64,000 nucleotides of DNA from Candidatus Cybelea sp. (GCA_050008615.1 JBEKMH010000014.1:8107-72106); one strand, 5' to 3'; shown: positions 27,620-37,443, counted from the stretch's first letter. A program made the numbers and translations. Notes: a model not told the origin generated them from the sequence alone.

Positions 27620-28968
27620 AAACATTTTGGAGCCAATGCTCCGCCGCATTGACGGCATTTGCGTTCGTACTCTCGGGTTGCGCGTCGGTTTCGCAGCCCT
27701 TGCCATATATGCAAGGCGGCACGGCATTGCGCGTGCTCGACGCTACCGGCGCCGGGAAGATCACCCACATCGTCTACATCGTCCAGGAGAACCGCAGCTT
27801 CAACGATATGTTCTACGGCTATCCCGGCGCGTTAACCGTCAAGACCGGCAAAATCTCGACCGGCCAAACGGTCAAACTCCGGCCCGTGCCGCTGTCGGAC
27901 CAATACGTGATCGATCACTCTCTGGACGCCTTCATCGCGGCATGCAACGGAACGGGTAGCCTCCCAGGTAGCGACTGCCGCAACAACGGCTTCAATAATG
28001 AGGCGAATGGCGGCGGTCCCGTCAAGTATCCCGAGTACGTCTACGTGCCGCGTAGCGACTCGCAGCCGTACTTCGACATGGCACACGAAGGCGCGCTTGC
28101 CGACCACATGTTCCAATCGCAGCTCGACGAGAGCTTCGTCGCGCATCAGTACATCATCGCCGCGCAGGCAAACTGGAGCGTCGACCTTCCCAGCGGATCC
28201 TGGGGTTGTCCGGTAAAGAATTCTCAAGTCGCGTGGATCACGAAGCAGCGCACGATCGGCGGTTATCAGTCGGCCTGCTTCGATTACCAGACCTTGGGCG
28301 ATGAGCTCGACAAGGCGAAGCTCTCGTGGCGCTTCTACGCCACCAAGTATGGCGGGGGCAGCCACGACGGAGCGGTGTGGTCGAGCTATCAGGCCGTCAA
28401 GCACATTTACTACGGGCCCGACTGGAAGAACGTCATCACGCCGAACTGGAAGTTCCTCAAGGACGTCAAGGCAGGGAAGCTTGCAAACTTCACGTGGATC
28501 ACACCGGTCTGCGACGACTCCGATCACGTTAACTGCCCGGGCGGCTACGGGCCGTCGTGGGTGTCGGCGCTCGTCAATGCAGTCGGCGAGAGCAAGTTCT
28601 GGGACTCGACGGCAATCTTCATCCAGTGGGATGACTGGGGCGGCCTGTACGATCCCGTGCCACCGCCGCTCGAGGACCGGGACAGCTTGGGGATGCGAGT
28701 TCCGCTGGTCATGCTCTCCCCGTACGTTAAGCACGGCTTCGTTTGCCACGACCAGTACGAGACGGCGAGCGTGATCAAGTTTGCCGAGAATCTGTGGGGT
28801 CTCGGCCATCTCGTGACGCCAGCTGATAGGCGCGCACTTTCACCCGCAGACGAATGCTTCGACTTCACGCAGAGTCCGGCCAAGTACGTAAAGATCAAGG
28901 CGCCGCTGCCGCCAAAGTTCTTCATGAGGCAATACACTAGCGACTACTTCGCTCCGGATTACGAATAG
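27616..28968 (+). CDS. Phosphoesterase-family lipoprotein (PF04185-like), paralog 2
   Basis: Lipobox VLSGC. HIVYIVQENRSFNDMF, WITPVCDDSDH, VNAVGESKFWDSTAIFIQWDDWGGLYDPV, GMRVPLVMLSPY. ATG overlaps the upstream stop (ATGA). Confidence 0.85.
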   Translation: MKTFWSQCSAALTAFAFVLSGCASVSQPLPYMQGGTALRVLDATGAGKITHIVYIVQENRSFNDMFYGYPGALTVKTGKISTGQTVKLRPVPLSDQYVIDHSLDAFIAACNGTGSLPGSDCRNNGFNNEANGGGPVKYPEYVYVPRSDSQPYFDMAHEGALADHMFQSQLDESFVAHQYIIAAQANWSVDLPSGSWGCPVKNSQVAWITKQRTIGGYQSACFDYQTLGDELDKAKLSWRFYATKYGGGSHDGAVWSSYQAVKHIYYGPDWKNVITPNWKFLKDVKAGKLANFTWITPVCDDSDHVNCPGGYGPSWVSALVNAVGESKFWDSTAIFIQWDDWGGLYDPVPPPLEDRDSLGMRVPLVMLSPYVKHGFVCHDQYETASVIKFAENLWGLGHLVTPADRRALSPADECFDFTQSPAKYVKIKAPLPPKFFMRQYTSDYFAPDYE

Positions 28969-28969
28969 A

Positions 28970-30151
28970 TCACGCGGCGCCCTCGGCAAGGTGCTCGCTC
29001 CAGCGGATCCGTCCCGTGAGCTGCATGATTGCGAACAGCGTGACGATGGCGCCGATCGTGATCGTCAGACCGCTCCAGCCTTCGTTGAATAAGGCATACG
29101 AGAACAAGACGAGATAGACGAGCTGGGCAAGCCCGTTCTCGACGGCGGCGAACCGCCAGCCGACCACCAGGCGCAGGTAGGATATCGTAAGGAACATCGT
29201 GACCGCCGAGCATATTGCGAATGCGGCCTCGATCGGTATTCGGTCGACGAGGTACGCGAAGAGCAGGTGAAACGCGAAGAACGAAGCGGCGAGGAAGAAA
29301 TAGTTGACCGGGTGCAGGTCGATCTTGCGAAGTGCCGTGATCGCGAGCATGACGAAGAAGTAGAAAAATAGCGCGACGGGCGCCCAGAAGGTGATTCGCT
29401 GCGCCAGCGGACCCGGCTGAAGCGGGTAGGGGAACGCCATCCCGATCCCGTTGCCGGTGACCAACGTTGCGTCGCGCCATTGCAGGCGCCAGCCGGCCCG
29501 CAGCGGCGTTTCGTGGTCGGGCGGCAACGTCTGCGGCGGGAAGTCGATCGCGTCGAAGTTCGTCGTCATCGTTAGCGCAAAATCGTTGATGGACTCGACG
29601 CCCGTACCGAAGCGATACATCCACGTCCCCATTCCGCGCGACCGGTAGCCGACGTCCATCGAGGTTTCCTCACCCGGCGGAAGCGTGAAGGTGACGCAGC
29701 CCTGATCGAGTGCGGTCGGGTCCGTCACCCGCTGGCCACCGATGAAAGCCTGGAAGTCAGCGTACGTTCCGTCGGTGGAAGGGAATCCAAAATGCACCGA
29801 GAGCCGGCGGCTGCTCGTGTTGTTTCGAATCCGGTAATGCGCGAGAAACCGGACGTTGTAAAGGTTGTACCAAAGGAGGCCGTCGCGGCGCTGCTCGAGA
29901 TCGAGATTGACGTTGATCCGGCTGCTGCGAATCGGAATGACGACCGTTTCGTAAGCGTGCTTGCCGACCGCCACTCGCGCGCTCGCTTGCGGCGCCAATT
30001 GCGTCTGTGCGCTGCCCCACAGCGCACCGAGCTTGTCGCGCTGACTTGAGTCCGAATCGTTCGTGCGCTGCACGAGCGTCGCTCCCAGAATCATCCAGGC
30101 CACGCTGGCCGAGCCGAAGATAAAGATTATGGCTATCAGGCGTTTGAGCAT
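28970..30151 (-). CDS. CreD-like inner-membrane protein
   Basis: N-terminal TM, ~230-aa extracytoplasmic domain, then 5 C-terminal TMs. LHPVNYFFLAASFFAFHLLFAYLVDR resembles the CreD LHPMQYLLVGLS.. segment, from memory of E. coli CreD. Confidence 0.55.
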   Translation of the reverse strand: MLKRLIAIIFIFGSASVAWMILGATLVQRTNDSDSSQRDKLGALWGSAQTQLAPQASARVAVGKHAYETVVIPIRSSRINVNLDLEQRRDGLLWYNLYNVRFLAHYRIRNNTSSRRLSVHFGFPSTDGTYADFQAFIGGQRVTDPTALDQGCVTFTLPPGEETSMDVGYRSRGMGTWMYRFGTGVESINDFALTMTTNFDAIDFPPQTLPPDHETPLRAGWRLQWRDATLVTGNGIGMAFPYPLQPGPLAQRITFWAPVALFFYFFVMLAITALRKIDLHPVNYFFLAASFFAFHLLFAYLVDRIPIEAAFAICSAVTMFLTISYLRLVVGWRFAAVENGLAQLVYLVLFSYALFNEGWSGLTITIGAIVTLFAIMQLTGRIRWSEHLAEGAA

Positions 30152-30199
30152 GAGAGGCCCTTCAGTGGTGACGGCGTACTTTGCAACGCAAAGCTATTA

Positions 30200-30216
30200 A
30201 CTTTGTACCACAAAGT
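30200..30216. promoter_or_regulatory. Perfect 7-3-7 palindrome ACTTTGT-ACC-ACAAAGT in a divergent promoter region
   Basis: Lies in the AT-richer 131-bp spacer between the CreD-like gene (-) and mtnP (+). Operator-like geometry. Confidence 0.35.
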
Positions 30217-30282
30217 AATCCCATGCGCAAGGGTTAATCTTCACAGGATTTATCGAGGTCGTTACGCTAGAAGCGCAAGCGT

Positions 30283-31080
30283 ATGAGTGATGATTTGCGG
30301 GCCGATATCGGCGTATTCGGCGGGTCGGGTTTCTATTCGCTGATCGCGAACGCGCGCGAAGCCTGGGTCGAGACGCCGTACGGGGCGCCGAGCGACAAGG
30401 TCGCACTCGGCGAGATCGCCGGACGCCGCGTCGCCTTTCTGCCACGCCACGGCAAGGATCACCGGTTTCCGCCGCAAGCCATTAACTATCGGGCAAATCT
30501 CTATGCGATGAAGAAGCTCGGCGTAAAGTGGATCGTCGCGCCGACGGCGTGCGGCTCGCTGCTCGAGAGCGTGCCGCCCGGTTCGATGGTGGTCGCCGAC
30601 CAACTCGTCGATCGCACGAGCGGCCGGAAGGACACGTTCTACGACGGACCGATCACGACGCACGTGAGCTTTGCCGATCCGTACTGCCCGACCATGCGGC
30701 CGATCGCGATCCAAGCGCTGAAATCGCTCGATATCGAGACGTTCGAGCGCGGCACGGTCGTCGTAATCCAAGGACCGCGGTTTTCGACGCGCAGCGAGTC
30801 GAAGTGGTTCCAAAGCCAGGGCTGGGAAGTCATCAATATGACGCAGTATCCCGAGGCCTATCTGGCGCGCGAGCTCGAAATGTGTTACGTCAACATCTCC
30901 CTGATTACCGACTACGACGTTGGCCTCGAGGGGATGCCGGCCGTTTCGCACCACGAAGTGATCGAGGTCTTCAACCGCAACAACGAACGCGTGAAGAACG
31001 CTATAGGCAGAATCATCGAAAAGATTCCGCTTGGCTCCGACTGCTCGTGCCGGCACGCGCTCGAGGGCGCGCGCTTCTAG
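30283..31080 (+). CDS. mtnP: S-methyl-5'-thioadenosine phosphorylase
   Basis: GVFGGSGFY, FLPRHGKDHRFPPQAINYRAN, NMTQYPEAYLARE. MTAP/PNP family. Confidence 0.9.
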   Translation: MSDDLRADIGVFGGSGFYSLIANAREAWVETPYGAPSDKVALGEIAGRRVAFLPRHGKDHRFPPQAINYRANLYAMKKLGVKWIVAPTACGSLLESVPPGSMVVADQLVDRTSGRKDTFYDGPITTHVSFADPYCPTMRPIAIQALKSLDIETFERGTVVVIQGPRFSTRSESKWFQSQGWEVINMTQYPEAYLARELEMCYVNISLITDYDVGLEGMPAVSHHEVIEVFNRNNERVKNAIGRIIEKIPLGSDCSCRHALEGARF

Positions 31081-31083
31081 CCC

Positions 31084-31785
31084 GTGAAAAGCCGCCAGCA
31101 CGTCGATCTCACGATCTACTTCAAGGCCTTCGGACTTCTCGCGCGGCACCCGTCCATCTTCGTCCTGCCGGTGTTGGCGGCCGTCGTCGAACTCTTGATG
31201 ACTCAGCTTTCGTACCTCTTTACCGATCCGCTCGGTGGCTCGGGCGGGGGCATCTTTCAAATGCTCGTGCAGTTGGTTTATCTCTGGGCCTTTGGCGTCA
31301 CGATCATTCAGGCAAACGCCGTCTGGCGCGGCCGCCGCGGCGCGTTCGACGAGGCGTGGGAGGAGGGTCGTGCCAAGTTCGGCGGCATTTTGTTCGCGGC
31401 GTTGGGTTTCGTGTTCGTCGTGTGGGCGGCAAGCTATATCGGATCGTTCTTCGGAGCGCTCGGGCTCGTGCTCGGAGCCGTGGCCGCCTTCTTTCTGATC
31501 TACACGATTCCGGCGGCTTCGATCGGCGGAATACCCGGCACGCTGGCGCTCTCCCAGTCCGTACGAGCGGTCCGCGCCGCGCCGATTGCCTCTCTCATAC
31601 TGGCCCTAGTGTTCTTTGCGATCTGGTACGTCGCCGTGCCGCTGGGATTACCGTATCTGTTGATTCACGTGTCGCCGACGATTTGGAACTTCGTGAGCGC
31701 CGGAGCGCGCGCGATTGCCTTGGCGTACCTTGCCTTTCCGTTTTCCAGGCAGTACGACGACGTAGTGTTTAGGGGTTATTGGTAG
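31084..31785 (+). CDS. Hypothetical polytopic membrane protein
   Basis: 233 aa with about 5-6 hydrophobic helices. GTG start 3 nt after mtnP. No family recognised. Confidence 0.5.
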   Translation: MKSRQHVDLTIYFKAFGLLARHPSIFVLPVLAAVVELLMTQLSYLFTDPLGGSGGGIFQMLVQLVYLWAFGVTIIQANAVWRGRRGAFDEAWEEGRAKFGGILFAALGFVFVVWAASYIGSFFGALGLVLGAVAAFFLIYTIPAASIGGIPGTLALSQSVRAVRAAPIASLILALVFFAIWYVAVPLGLPYLLIHVSPTIWNFVSAGARAIALAYLAFPFSRQYDDVVFRGYW

Positions 31786-32779
31786 CGGCCGGGAGCGACA
31801 TGCGGACCAGTTCGCCGACGAGCACCGGTGAGACGTTGGTCCGCGCGAGGCGTTGCGCCTCATCGAGCTTGCCCAGGAGGGTCACGGCTTCTTTCGCGTC
31901 GAGCGGTCGCAGCCGGTGCAGCCGGTCGGCGTAGTCGAGCGACACGAGCGCGACCCCATCGTGACCGCTGGCGACTATCCAATCCCGGACCAGAGTTTTA
32001 ATCGTTTCCAGCCCGTCGTCGAGCGTCTCGCGGGTTGCCCACGCATCGTGCGGCGACGCGCCCTCAACGCTTTCGAAGAACCAGCGCGCGACGTGCGCGC
32101 GCAGCGACTCTTCTTCTCCCCCGAGAGCCGCGACGGCGCGCGTCACGCTTCCGCCGCCGAGCGACGCTCCGAGCTCTGCATCGTCGTCCCCGTAATGCAT
32201 GCGGCCCAGCACTTCACGGACCTGCGCTTTGGAAAGCGAGGGGAACCGAATCTCGAGGGCGCGCGATCGAATCGTCGGTAACAAACGTCCCGGCGCCGGC
32301 GTTGTGAGCAGCATCACCACGCCCTTCGGGGGTTCTTCCAAGAACTTGAGCAGCGCGTTGGCCGCCTCGCGCGTTGCGAAGTCCACGTCGCCGAGGAGCA
32401 AAACGCGCATCCCGCCGCTGTAGGACTGCAGCGAAAGCTGCCGCACGAGATCCCTCGACGAGAGTTCTTCGCCCTGGTAAAAACCTCGCGGCGCATCGGG
32501 ATCGCCGATTTTCAGCGTGCCTTCGTGTTCCAAGAAATCGGGATGGTGTGCTCCGTCGGCGCGAAACAGCAGGCACGACGAGCAAACGCCGTCATAGCCG
32601 AGAACTCCATCTTTGGGTGCGAGACACAGCAGCGACTGCGCGAGCCGCCGCGCGAAGAACTTTTTCCCGACGCCCGCAGGTCCGGAGAAGAGATACGCGT
32701 GCGTAAGCGTCTCGGCGGTGAGCCCGTCGAAATAGCGCTTAGGACCTTGCGCGCCTACGACGTCGAAATGAAGTTCCAC
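31769..32779 (-). CDS. holB: DNA polymerase III subunit delta'
   Basis: HAYLFSGPAGVGK P-loop, Cys-rich zinc module (CLAPKDGVLGYDGVCSSC), LLTT and TIRSR sensor motifs. Overlaps the tmk 3' end. Confidence 0.88.
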   Translation of the reverse strand: MELHFDVVGAQGPKRYFDGLTAETLTHAYLFSGPAGVGKKFFARRLAQSLLCLAPKDGVLGYDGVCSSCLLFRADGAHHPDFLEHEGTLKIGDPDAPRGFYQGEELSSRDLVRQLSLQSYSGGMRVLLLGDVDFATREAANALLKFLEEPPKGVVMLLTTPAPGRLLPTIRSRALEIRFPSLSKAQVREVLGRMHYGDDDAELGASLGGGSVTRAVAALGGEEESLRAHVARWFFESVEGASPHDAWATRETLDDGLETIKTLVRDWIVASGHDGVALVSLDYADRLHRLRPLDAKEAVTLLGKLDEAQRLARTNVSPVLVGELVRMSLPAATNNP

Positions 32780-33354
32780 GCCGCTTCCAAAAGGCGATCC
32801 TGTGGCAGCGTGCCGTCGAGCACCTGGTGCCGCGGCGATTTTGCCAGATCCAAATAACCCTGCCGAACGCGCTCGTGGAAGGCGGCGTCCTGGCTCTCTA
32901 TCCGGTCCAAGACATACGATCGCGCTTGCATCCTCGTTCGCGCCACTTCGATGGGAAGGTCGATCAACAAGACGAGATCGGGCGTCACTCCGCCGGTCGC
33001 TTCATCGCAGAGCCGCCGCAACGACGCGAGATCGAGACCCCGGCCATATCCCTGATAGGCCAGCGTCGAATCCGTGAAGCGATCGCAGAGCACGAGGCGA
33101 TTCTCGGCAAGCGCCGGGCGGATCACCTCGGCGACGTGCTGCGCGCGTGCGGCATTCACGAGAAAAGTCTCCGTCAAAGGTTCGATCGTCAACGTGCGGT
33201 CGAGAAAGATCGAGCGAATCGCATCCCCGGTTGCGGTTCCGCCGGGCTCGCGCGTGACGACGACGTCGCGCCCTTCCATGCTCAAACGCTCGACGAGCCC
33301 TTTGTGCAGCGTACTCTTCCCGCTACCCTCGATACCCTCGATTACAACGAGCAC
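32755..33354 (-). CDS. tmk: dTMP kinase
   Basis: VVIEGIEGSGKST P-loop, TREPGGT, DRFTDSTLAYQG. Confidence 0.95.
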   Translation of the reverse strand: MLVVIEGIEGSGKSTLHKGLVERLSMEGRDVVVTREPGGTATGDAIRSIFLDRTLTIEPLTETFLVNAARAQHVAEVIRPALAENRLVLCDRFTDSTLAYQGYGRGLDLASLRRLCDEATGGVTPDLVLLIDLPIEVARTRMQARSYVLDRIESQDAAFHERVRQGYLDLAKSPRHQVLDGTLPQDRLLEAAWNFISTS

Positions 33355-34899
33355 CTAGGTGTCGGAGGTTTTATAGATTCGGACGCGGCGGTTGGGCTCG
33401 AGCCCCGTACTGCGCGATTGCAGACGGTAGCGTTCGGCGAGCTGGTGCTGCATGCGGCGAATGTACGACGTTTGCGGCGAAAGCTCGATCGCATTGCTGT
33501 TGAGCATCACCTGATAGACCGCCTCCTCGGCTTCGCGCAGCGCAATTTCCTCGTTGTCGATCGAGCCGAGGTTGAATACGTCCCGGAGAGCGGCCTGAAT
33601 CTGCGTGGTCGTGTTCGTCTTGATGGAGTAGATCGGCACGTTGTCCGAGGCGATCTGCTTGAGCTTGGGCTGTTCCTTGCGCTCGAGCGTTTTGAGCGTG
33701 AGCACGACGTCGGCGTCGTCCCAATTGCGCGCCATTGCGGCGTTCACCCGGAGATTCGTGATGGCGCGCTCGATCTTATTGCGCGAGACGCCGTACGGGA
33801 AGATCGACAGCGGCCGGTCCCGCTCCTCGCTATCGTGCTCGTGATGATCGTAGGCTTCGCTCAGGCGGGGCATCGACTCCGTATCGGCCTCTTGAACGAC
33901 GGTAACCTCGCCGCCGGGATGGCGCTGACGCACCTCCGGCTGTGGCTGATATCCGCGCAGCAACGCGTCGATCACCTCGGCGACGTTCTTGTGAATCGCC
34001 AAGCGATCGCGATCGTGGATCTCGATGACGATGTCGAAGGTCGGGGGCGCCTTACGCTCGAGAACCGTCTTTCGCGTGCCGCGCCTTCGCGCTTCTTCGT
34101 CCGACAACGTCACGGCGCTCACGCCGCCCACCAAGTCCGAAAGCGTCGGATTCATCAGGAGATTCTGTAGGGTCTGGCCGTGCGCCGTCCCGATGAGCGT
34201 TACGCCGCGCTCGGCAATCGTGCGGGCGGCGCCAGCTTCGGCCTCCGTCCCGATCTCGTCGATTACGATGACCTCGGGCATGTGATTTTCGACGGCCTCG
34301 ATCATTACCGCGTGCTGCAGCGCCGGATCGGCGACCTGCATGCGCCGGGCCATGCCGATGCCCGGATGGGGGATGTCGCTGTCGCCGGCGATTTCGTTCG
34401 AGCTGTCTACGATGACGACGCGTTTTCGCTCTTCGGAGAGCACGCGCGCGCACTCGCGCAGCATCGTCGTCTTACCGACGCCAGGCTTGCCGAGCAAACA
34501 CATCGACGACCCGCTGCGCAGCACGTCGAGAAGAATATCGATCGTCCCGTACACCGCTCGCCCGACGCGGCACGTGAGCCCGACGATCTTGCCGGTTCGG
34601 TTACGAATCGCGCTAATTCGATGCAGCGTCTGCTCGATGCCGGCGCGATTATCGGCGCCAAACGGTGAGATGCGCGAGCAGACGTGCGCGATATCCTCGT
34701 GGCCGATCGGTACGTCCGTCAGATAGATAAAATCGTGTTCGAAACGGGCTTCCGGCGGACGGCCCAAATCGAGCACGACTTCAATGATGTCTTCGAGGTT
34801 ACGCAGACGAACGAGAGCTTGCCGAATCGTGAGCGGGAAGATGTCGAGGAGCTGGGAGAGTTCCCAACTAGGGGAGATGGAATGAACTCTTACTGCCAA
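33355..34899 (-). CDS. R3H-domain AAA ATPase (SpoIIIAA/Ycf45-like)
   Basis: Walker A GKPGVGKTT and Walker B VIVIDEIG. C-terminal R3H-like segment (RRMQHQLAERYRLQSRSTGLEPNRRVRIY). TTG start. Confidence 0.8.
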   Translation of the reverse strand: MAVRVHSISPSWELSQLLDIFPLTIRQALVRLRNLEDIIEVVLDLGRPPEARFEHDFIYLTDVPIGHEDIAHVCSRISPFGADNRAGIEQTLHRISAIRNRTGKIVGLTCRVGRAVYGTIDILLDVLRSGSSMCLLGKPGVGKTTMLRECARVLSEERKRVVIVDSSNEIAGDSDIPHPGIGMARRMQVADPALQHAVMIEAVENHMPEVIVIDEIGTEAEAGAARTIAERGVTLIGTAHGQTLQNLLMNPTLSDLVGGVSAVTLSDEEARRRGTRKTVLERKAPPTFDIVIEIHDRDRLAIHKNVAEVIDALLRGYQPQPEVRQRHPGGEVTVVQEADTESMPRLSEAYDHHEHDSEERDRPLSIFPYGVSRNKIERAITNLRVNAAMARNWDDADVVLTLKTLERKEQPKLKQIASDNVPIYSIKTNTTTQIQAALRDVFNLGSIDNEEIALREAEEAVYQVMLNSNAIELSPQTSYIRRMQHQLAERYRLQSRSTGLEPNRRVRIYKTSDT

Positions 34900-34952
34900 A
34901 AATCGTTCCTCACTTCCGAGGCCTTCGTTGCACCGTTATCCGCGCTCGGGGG

Positions 34953-36437
34953 TCACTCCTTCACGACGCGGATGACCCGCAGCTCGCCGTCAAACGGGCC
35001 TTGAATGCGCACCCCAGCCTTTAGCTCGAGGCGCAAATAGTCGATAATCTCTCGCGTAATCTCCTCGCCCGGGGCGATGACCGGAATGCCGGGTGGGTAG
35101 GGCGTCAGCGTCTCGGCGCAGATTCGCCCAGCCGACTCGCGAAACTTCACAAACTCAGCATCGGCTAAGAATGCATCGCGCGGAAGCATCCGCATTGGGG
35201 GGACGGCGGGAAGTTGAAACGTTCCGCGCCTCAGCCGCTCTTCGAGAATGCCCGACGGCGCGAACATGTCGATCGGCCGGTCGTCGCGCGCCAGCTCCTC
35301 GAACGCGTAGATGAATCCTTCGGCCGCTTCGCGCCGAGTCCCAATCGTAAAGAGCGCGACGACGTTAAAAAGATCGGCCATCTCCACCTGAATGTTATAC
35401 CGGCGGCGCAGCAGCGCCGAAGCCTCGTACCCGGTATAACCCAAACCTTTGACGGTCACCGTGACCTTCGTCGGATCGAGATCGAAGATGCCGTGGCGGC
35501 CCTGCAGCTCTTCGCCGAAGCAGTAGACGCCGGGAATCCGATTTAGGCGCTCGCGCGCCTCTTGCGCCAGCGCGATCGTGCGCGAGAGGAGTGCCTCGCC
35601 CTCGGTGGCCATTTGCTTGCGCGCCACGTCGAGCGATGCGAGCATCGGCAGATTCGGCGACGTCGACAGGAACATCTTGAGCACCGTTTCCAGCCGGTCG
35701 AGCGCGACGCGTTCGCCTTGGTGATGGAGCATCGCGCACTGCGAGAATGCTGAGAGCATCTTGTGCGTCGAGTTGATGCAGATATCCGCGCCGGCGGCCG
35801 TCGCTGAGAGCGGCAGAGCTGGGTGAAAATGAAAGTGCGGCCCCCACGCCTCGTCGACGAGCAACACCTTACCGGCACCGTGCACGATCCGCTCGATCGC
35901 CGCGAGATCCGCCGCCACGCCGTAATAGGTCGGCGAGACCAGATAGACGGCAACCAGATCGGGATGCTGCTCGATCGTGCGCGCGACCGTTTCCGGGGTC
36001 ACGCAGTGGTCCATGCGCAGTTCCAGGTCCACTTCGGGCTGCATGTAGATTGGCTCCGCGCCGCTCATCACCAAGCCCCCCAGCATGGACTTGTGCGAGT
36101 TGCGCGGCACGGCAATCTTCTCGCCCGGGTTGACCGCCGCCATCATCATGCACTGATTGCCGCTGGTCGAGCCGTTGATCAGGAAAAACGTATGCCCGGC
36201 GCCCCACGCCTCCGCCGCGAGCTCCTGCGCTTCCTTGATCGCTTCGGTCGGCTGCAATAGGTCGTCGATGCCGGGCATCGGCGTGAGGTCGATCGCGCAG
36301 ATATTGTCGCCGATGAACTCGCGGAAGGCCAAATCCATTCCGACGCCCTGCACGTGCCCGGGCGTATGAAACGGCTGTACGCCCGAGTCGACGTAGTCGA
36401 GCAGCGCTTGAAAGTACGGCGCTCTGTGCTGGTCCAA
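34953..36437 (-). CDS. Orn/Lys/Arg decarboxylase family PLP enzyme (YaaO/SpeA-type)
   Basis: FHTPGH N-terminal motif and the PLP-lysine motif INSTHKML. 494 aa. Confidence 0.88.
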   Translation of the reverse strand: MDQHRAPYFQALLDYVDSGVQPFHTPGHVQGVGMDLAFREFIGDNICAIDLTPMPGIDDLLQPTEAIKEAQELAAEAWGAGHTFFLINGSTSGNQCMMMAAVNPGEKIAVPRNSHKSMLGGLVMSGAEPIYMQPEVDLELRMDHCVTPETVARTIEQHPDLVAVYLVSPTYYGVAADLAAIERIVHGAGKVLLVDEAWGPHFHFHPALPLSATAAGADICINSTHKMLSAFSQCAMLHHQGERVALDRLETVLKMFLSTSPNLPMLASLDVARKQMATEGEALLSRTIALAQEARERLNRIPGVYCFGEELQGRHGIFDLDPTKVTVTVKGLGYTGYEASALLRRRYNIQVEMADLFNVVALFTIGTRREAAEGFIYAFEELARDDRPIDMFAPSGILEERLRRGTFQLPAVPPMRMLPRDAFLADAEFVKFRESAGRICAETLTPYPPGIPVIAPGEEITREIIDYLRLELKAGVRIQGPFDGELRVIRVVKE

Positions 36438-36458
36438 GAGTGCGAAGCTTCTAGCGAA

Positions 36459-37442
36459 CTAGGACAGGACTTCGAAGCCGAGTCGATTCAGCATCGCGAA
36501 ATCGTCGGCGTCGCTGCGGCCTTCCGTCGTCAAATAGTTGCCGAGAACGATGCCGCTGACACCACTTCGCATGCCGACGTCCTGCAGCGCCTGCAGCGTA
36601 ACCTCGCGCCCTCCGGCAAAGCGCACGAGCGCGCTCGGCAATGCAAGGCGCGCCATCGCCACAAAGCGCAGCGCTTCGACCGGATCGAGCAGCGATCGTT
36701 CCCCGAACGGCGTGCCCGGGCGCGGATTGAGGAAGTTGATCGGCACCTCTTGGGGTTGGAGCTCTTGCAACGCCGACAAGAAGTCGAGGCGGTCGGCGAC
36801 ATCCTCGCCCATCCCGATGATGCCCCCACAGCAGAGCTCGAGATTATGGTGCTTCACGCGCTGACAGGTTTCCCATCGTTCGTCGTAACTGTGCGTCGTG
36901 CAGACGTGGGGAAAATAGCGCCGCGAGGTTTCAAGATTATGATTGACTTTATCGACGCCGGCTTGGGCGAGCCGCTCGATCTGGCGGTCGTTCAAAATGC
37001 CGAGCGACACGGCCACGGTCAGCGGCAGCGCGGTCTTGATTTCCTCGACCGCAGCACAGACGCGCTCCAGCAGCTTTTCAGAAGGCCCGCGCACGGCGAC
37101 GACGATGCAAAACTCACCGGCGCCACGGGCGTGCGCGGCGCGCGCCGCCGCAACAAAATCCGCGACGCTCGAAAGCGGCTCCGGCTGGACGTCGGTCGCG
37201 TAGCGCGCGCTTTGCGAGCAAAAGTTGCAATCTTCCGAGCAGCCGCCTTTCTTGGCGTTGTACAGCACTTCGACGGCGATCTCGTTGCCGCAGTAATGCG
37301 AGCGCACGTCGTCGGCCAGCGCTAGGAGAGCCGGCACGTGCTCGGCGGGAAGTTCGGCCAAGCCGGCGAGCAGCTCGGAGCCCGCAGGGCGACCGCACTC
37401 GAGCAGCTCGGCTCGAGCGCGTTGGATCGTGGAAGGCGCCAT
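36459..37442 (-). CDS. bioB: Biotin synthase
   Basis: Radical-SAM CSEDCNFCSQS, then YNHNLETS-like VNHNLETS and GGIIGMGE. Confidence 0.95.
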   Translation of the reverse strand: MAPSTIQRARAELLECGRPAGSELLAGLAELPAEHVPALLALADDVRSHYCGNEIAVEVLYNAKKGGCSEDCNFCSQSARYATDVQPEPLSSVADFVAAARAAHARGAGEFCIVVAVRGPSEKLLERVCAAVEEIKTALPLTVAVSLGILNDRQIERLAQAGVDKVNHNLETSRRYFPHVCTTHSYDERWETCQRVKHHNLELCCGGIIGMGEDVADRLDFLSALQELQPQEVPINFLNPRPGTPFGERSLLDPVEALRFVAMARLALPSALVRFAGGREVTLQALQDVGMRSGVSGIVLGNYLTTEGRSDADDFAMLNRLGFEVLS

Positions 37443-37443
37443 A

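Noticed and set aside
32827-34170. 447-aa plus-strand ORF opposite tmk and the R3H ATPase. Similar long shadow ORFs occur at 30262..31260, 37429..38769, 41011..42171, 45926..47242, 47775..49265, 25749..26759 and 27832..28809.
   Set aside because: All lie antisense or out of frame to ORFs with clear conserved motifs. They have Arg/Ala/Pro-rich compositions and no recognisable domains.
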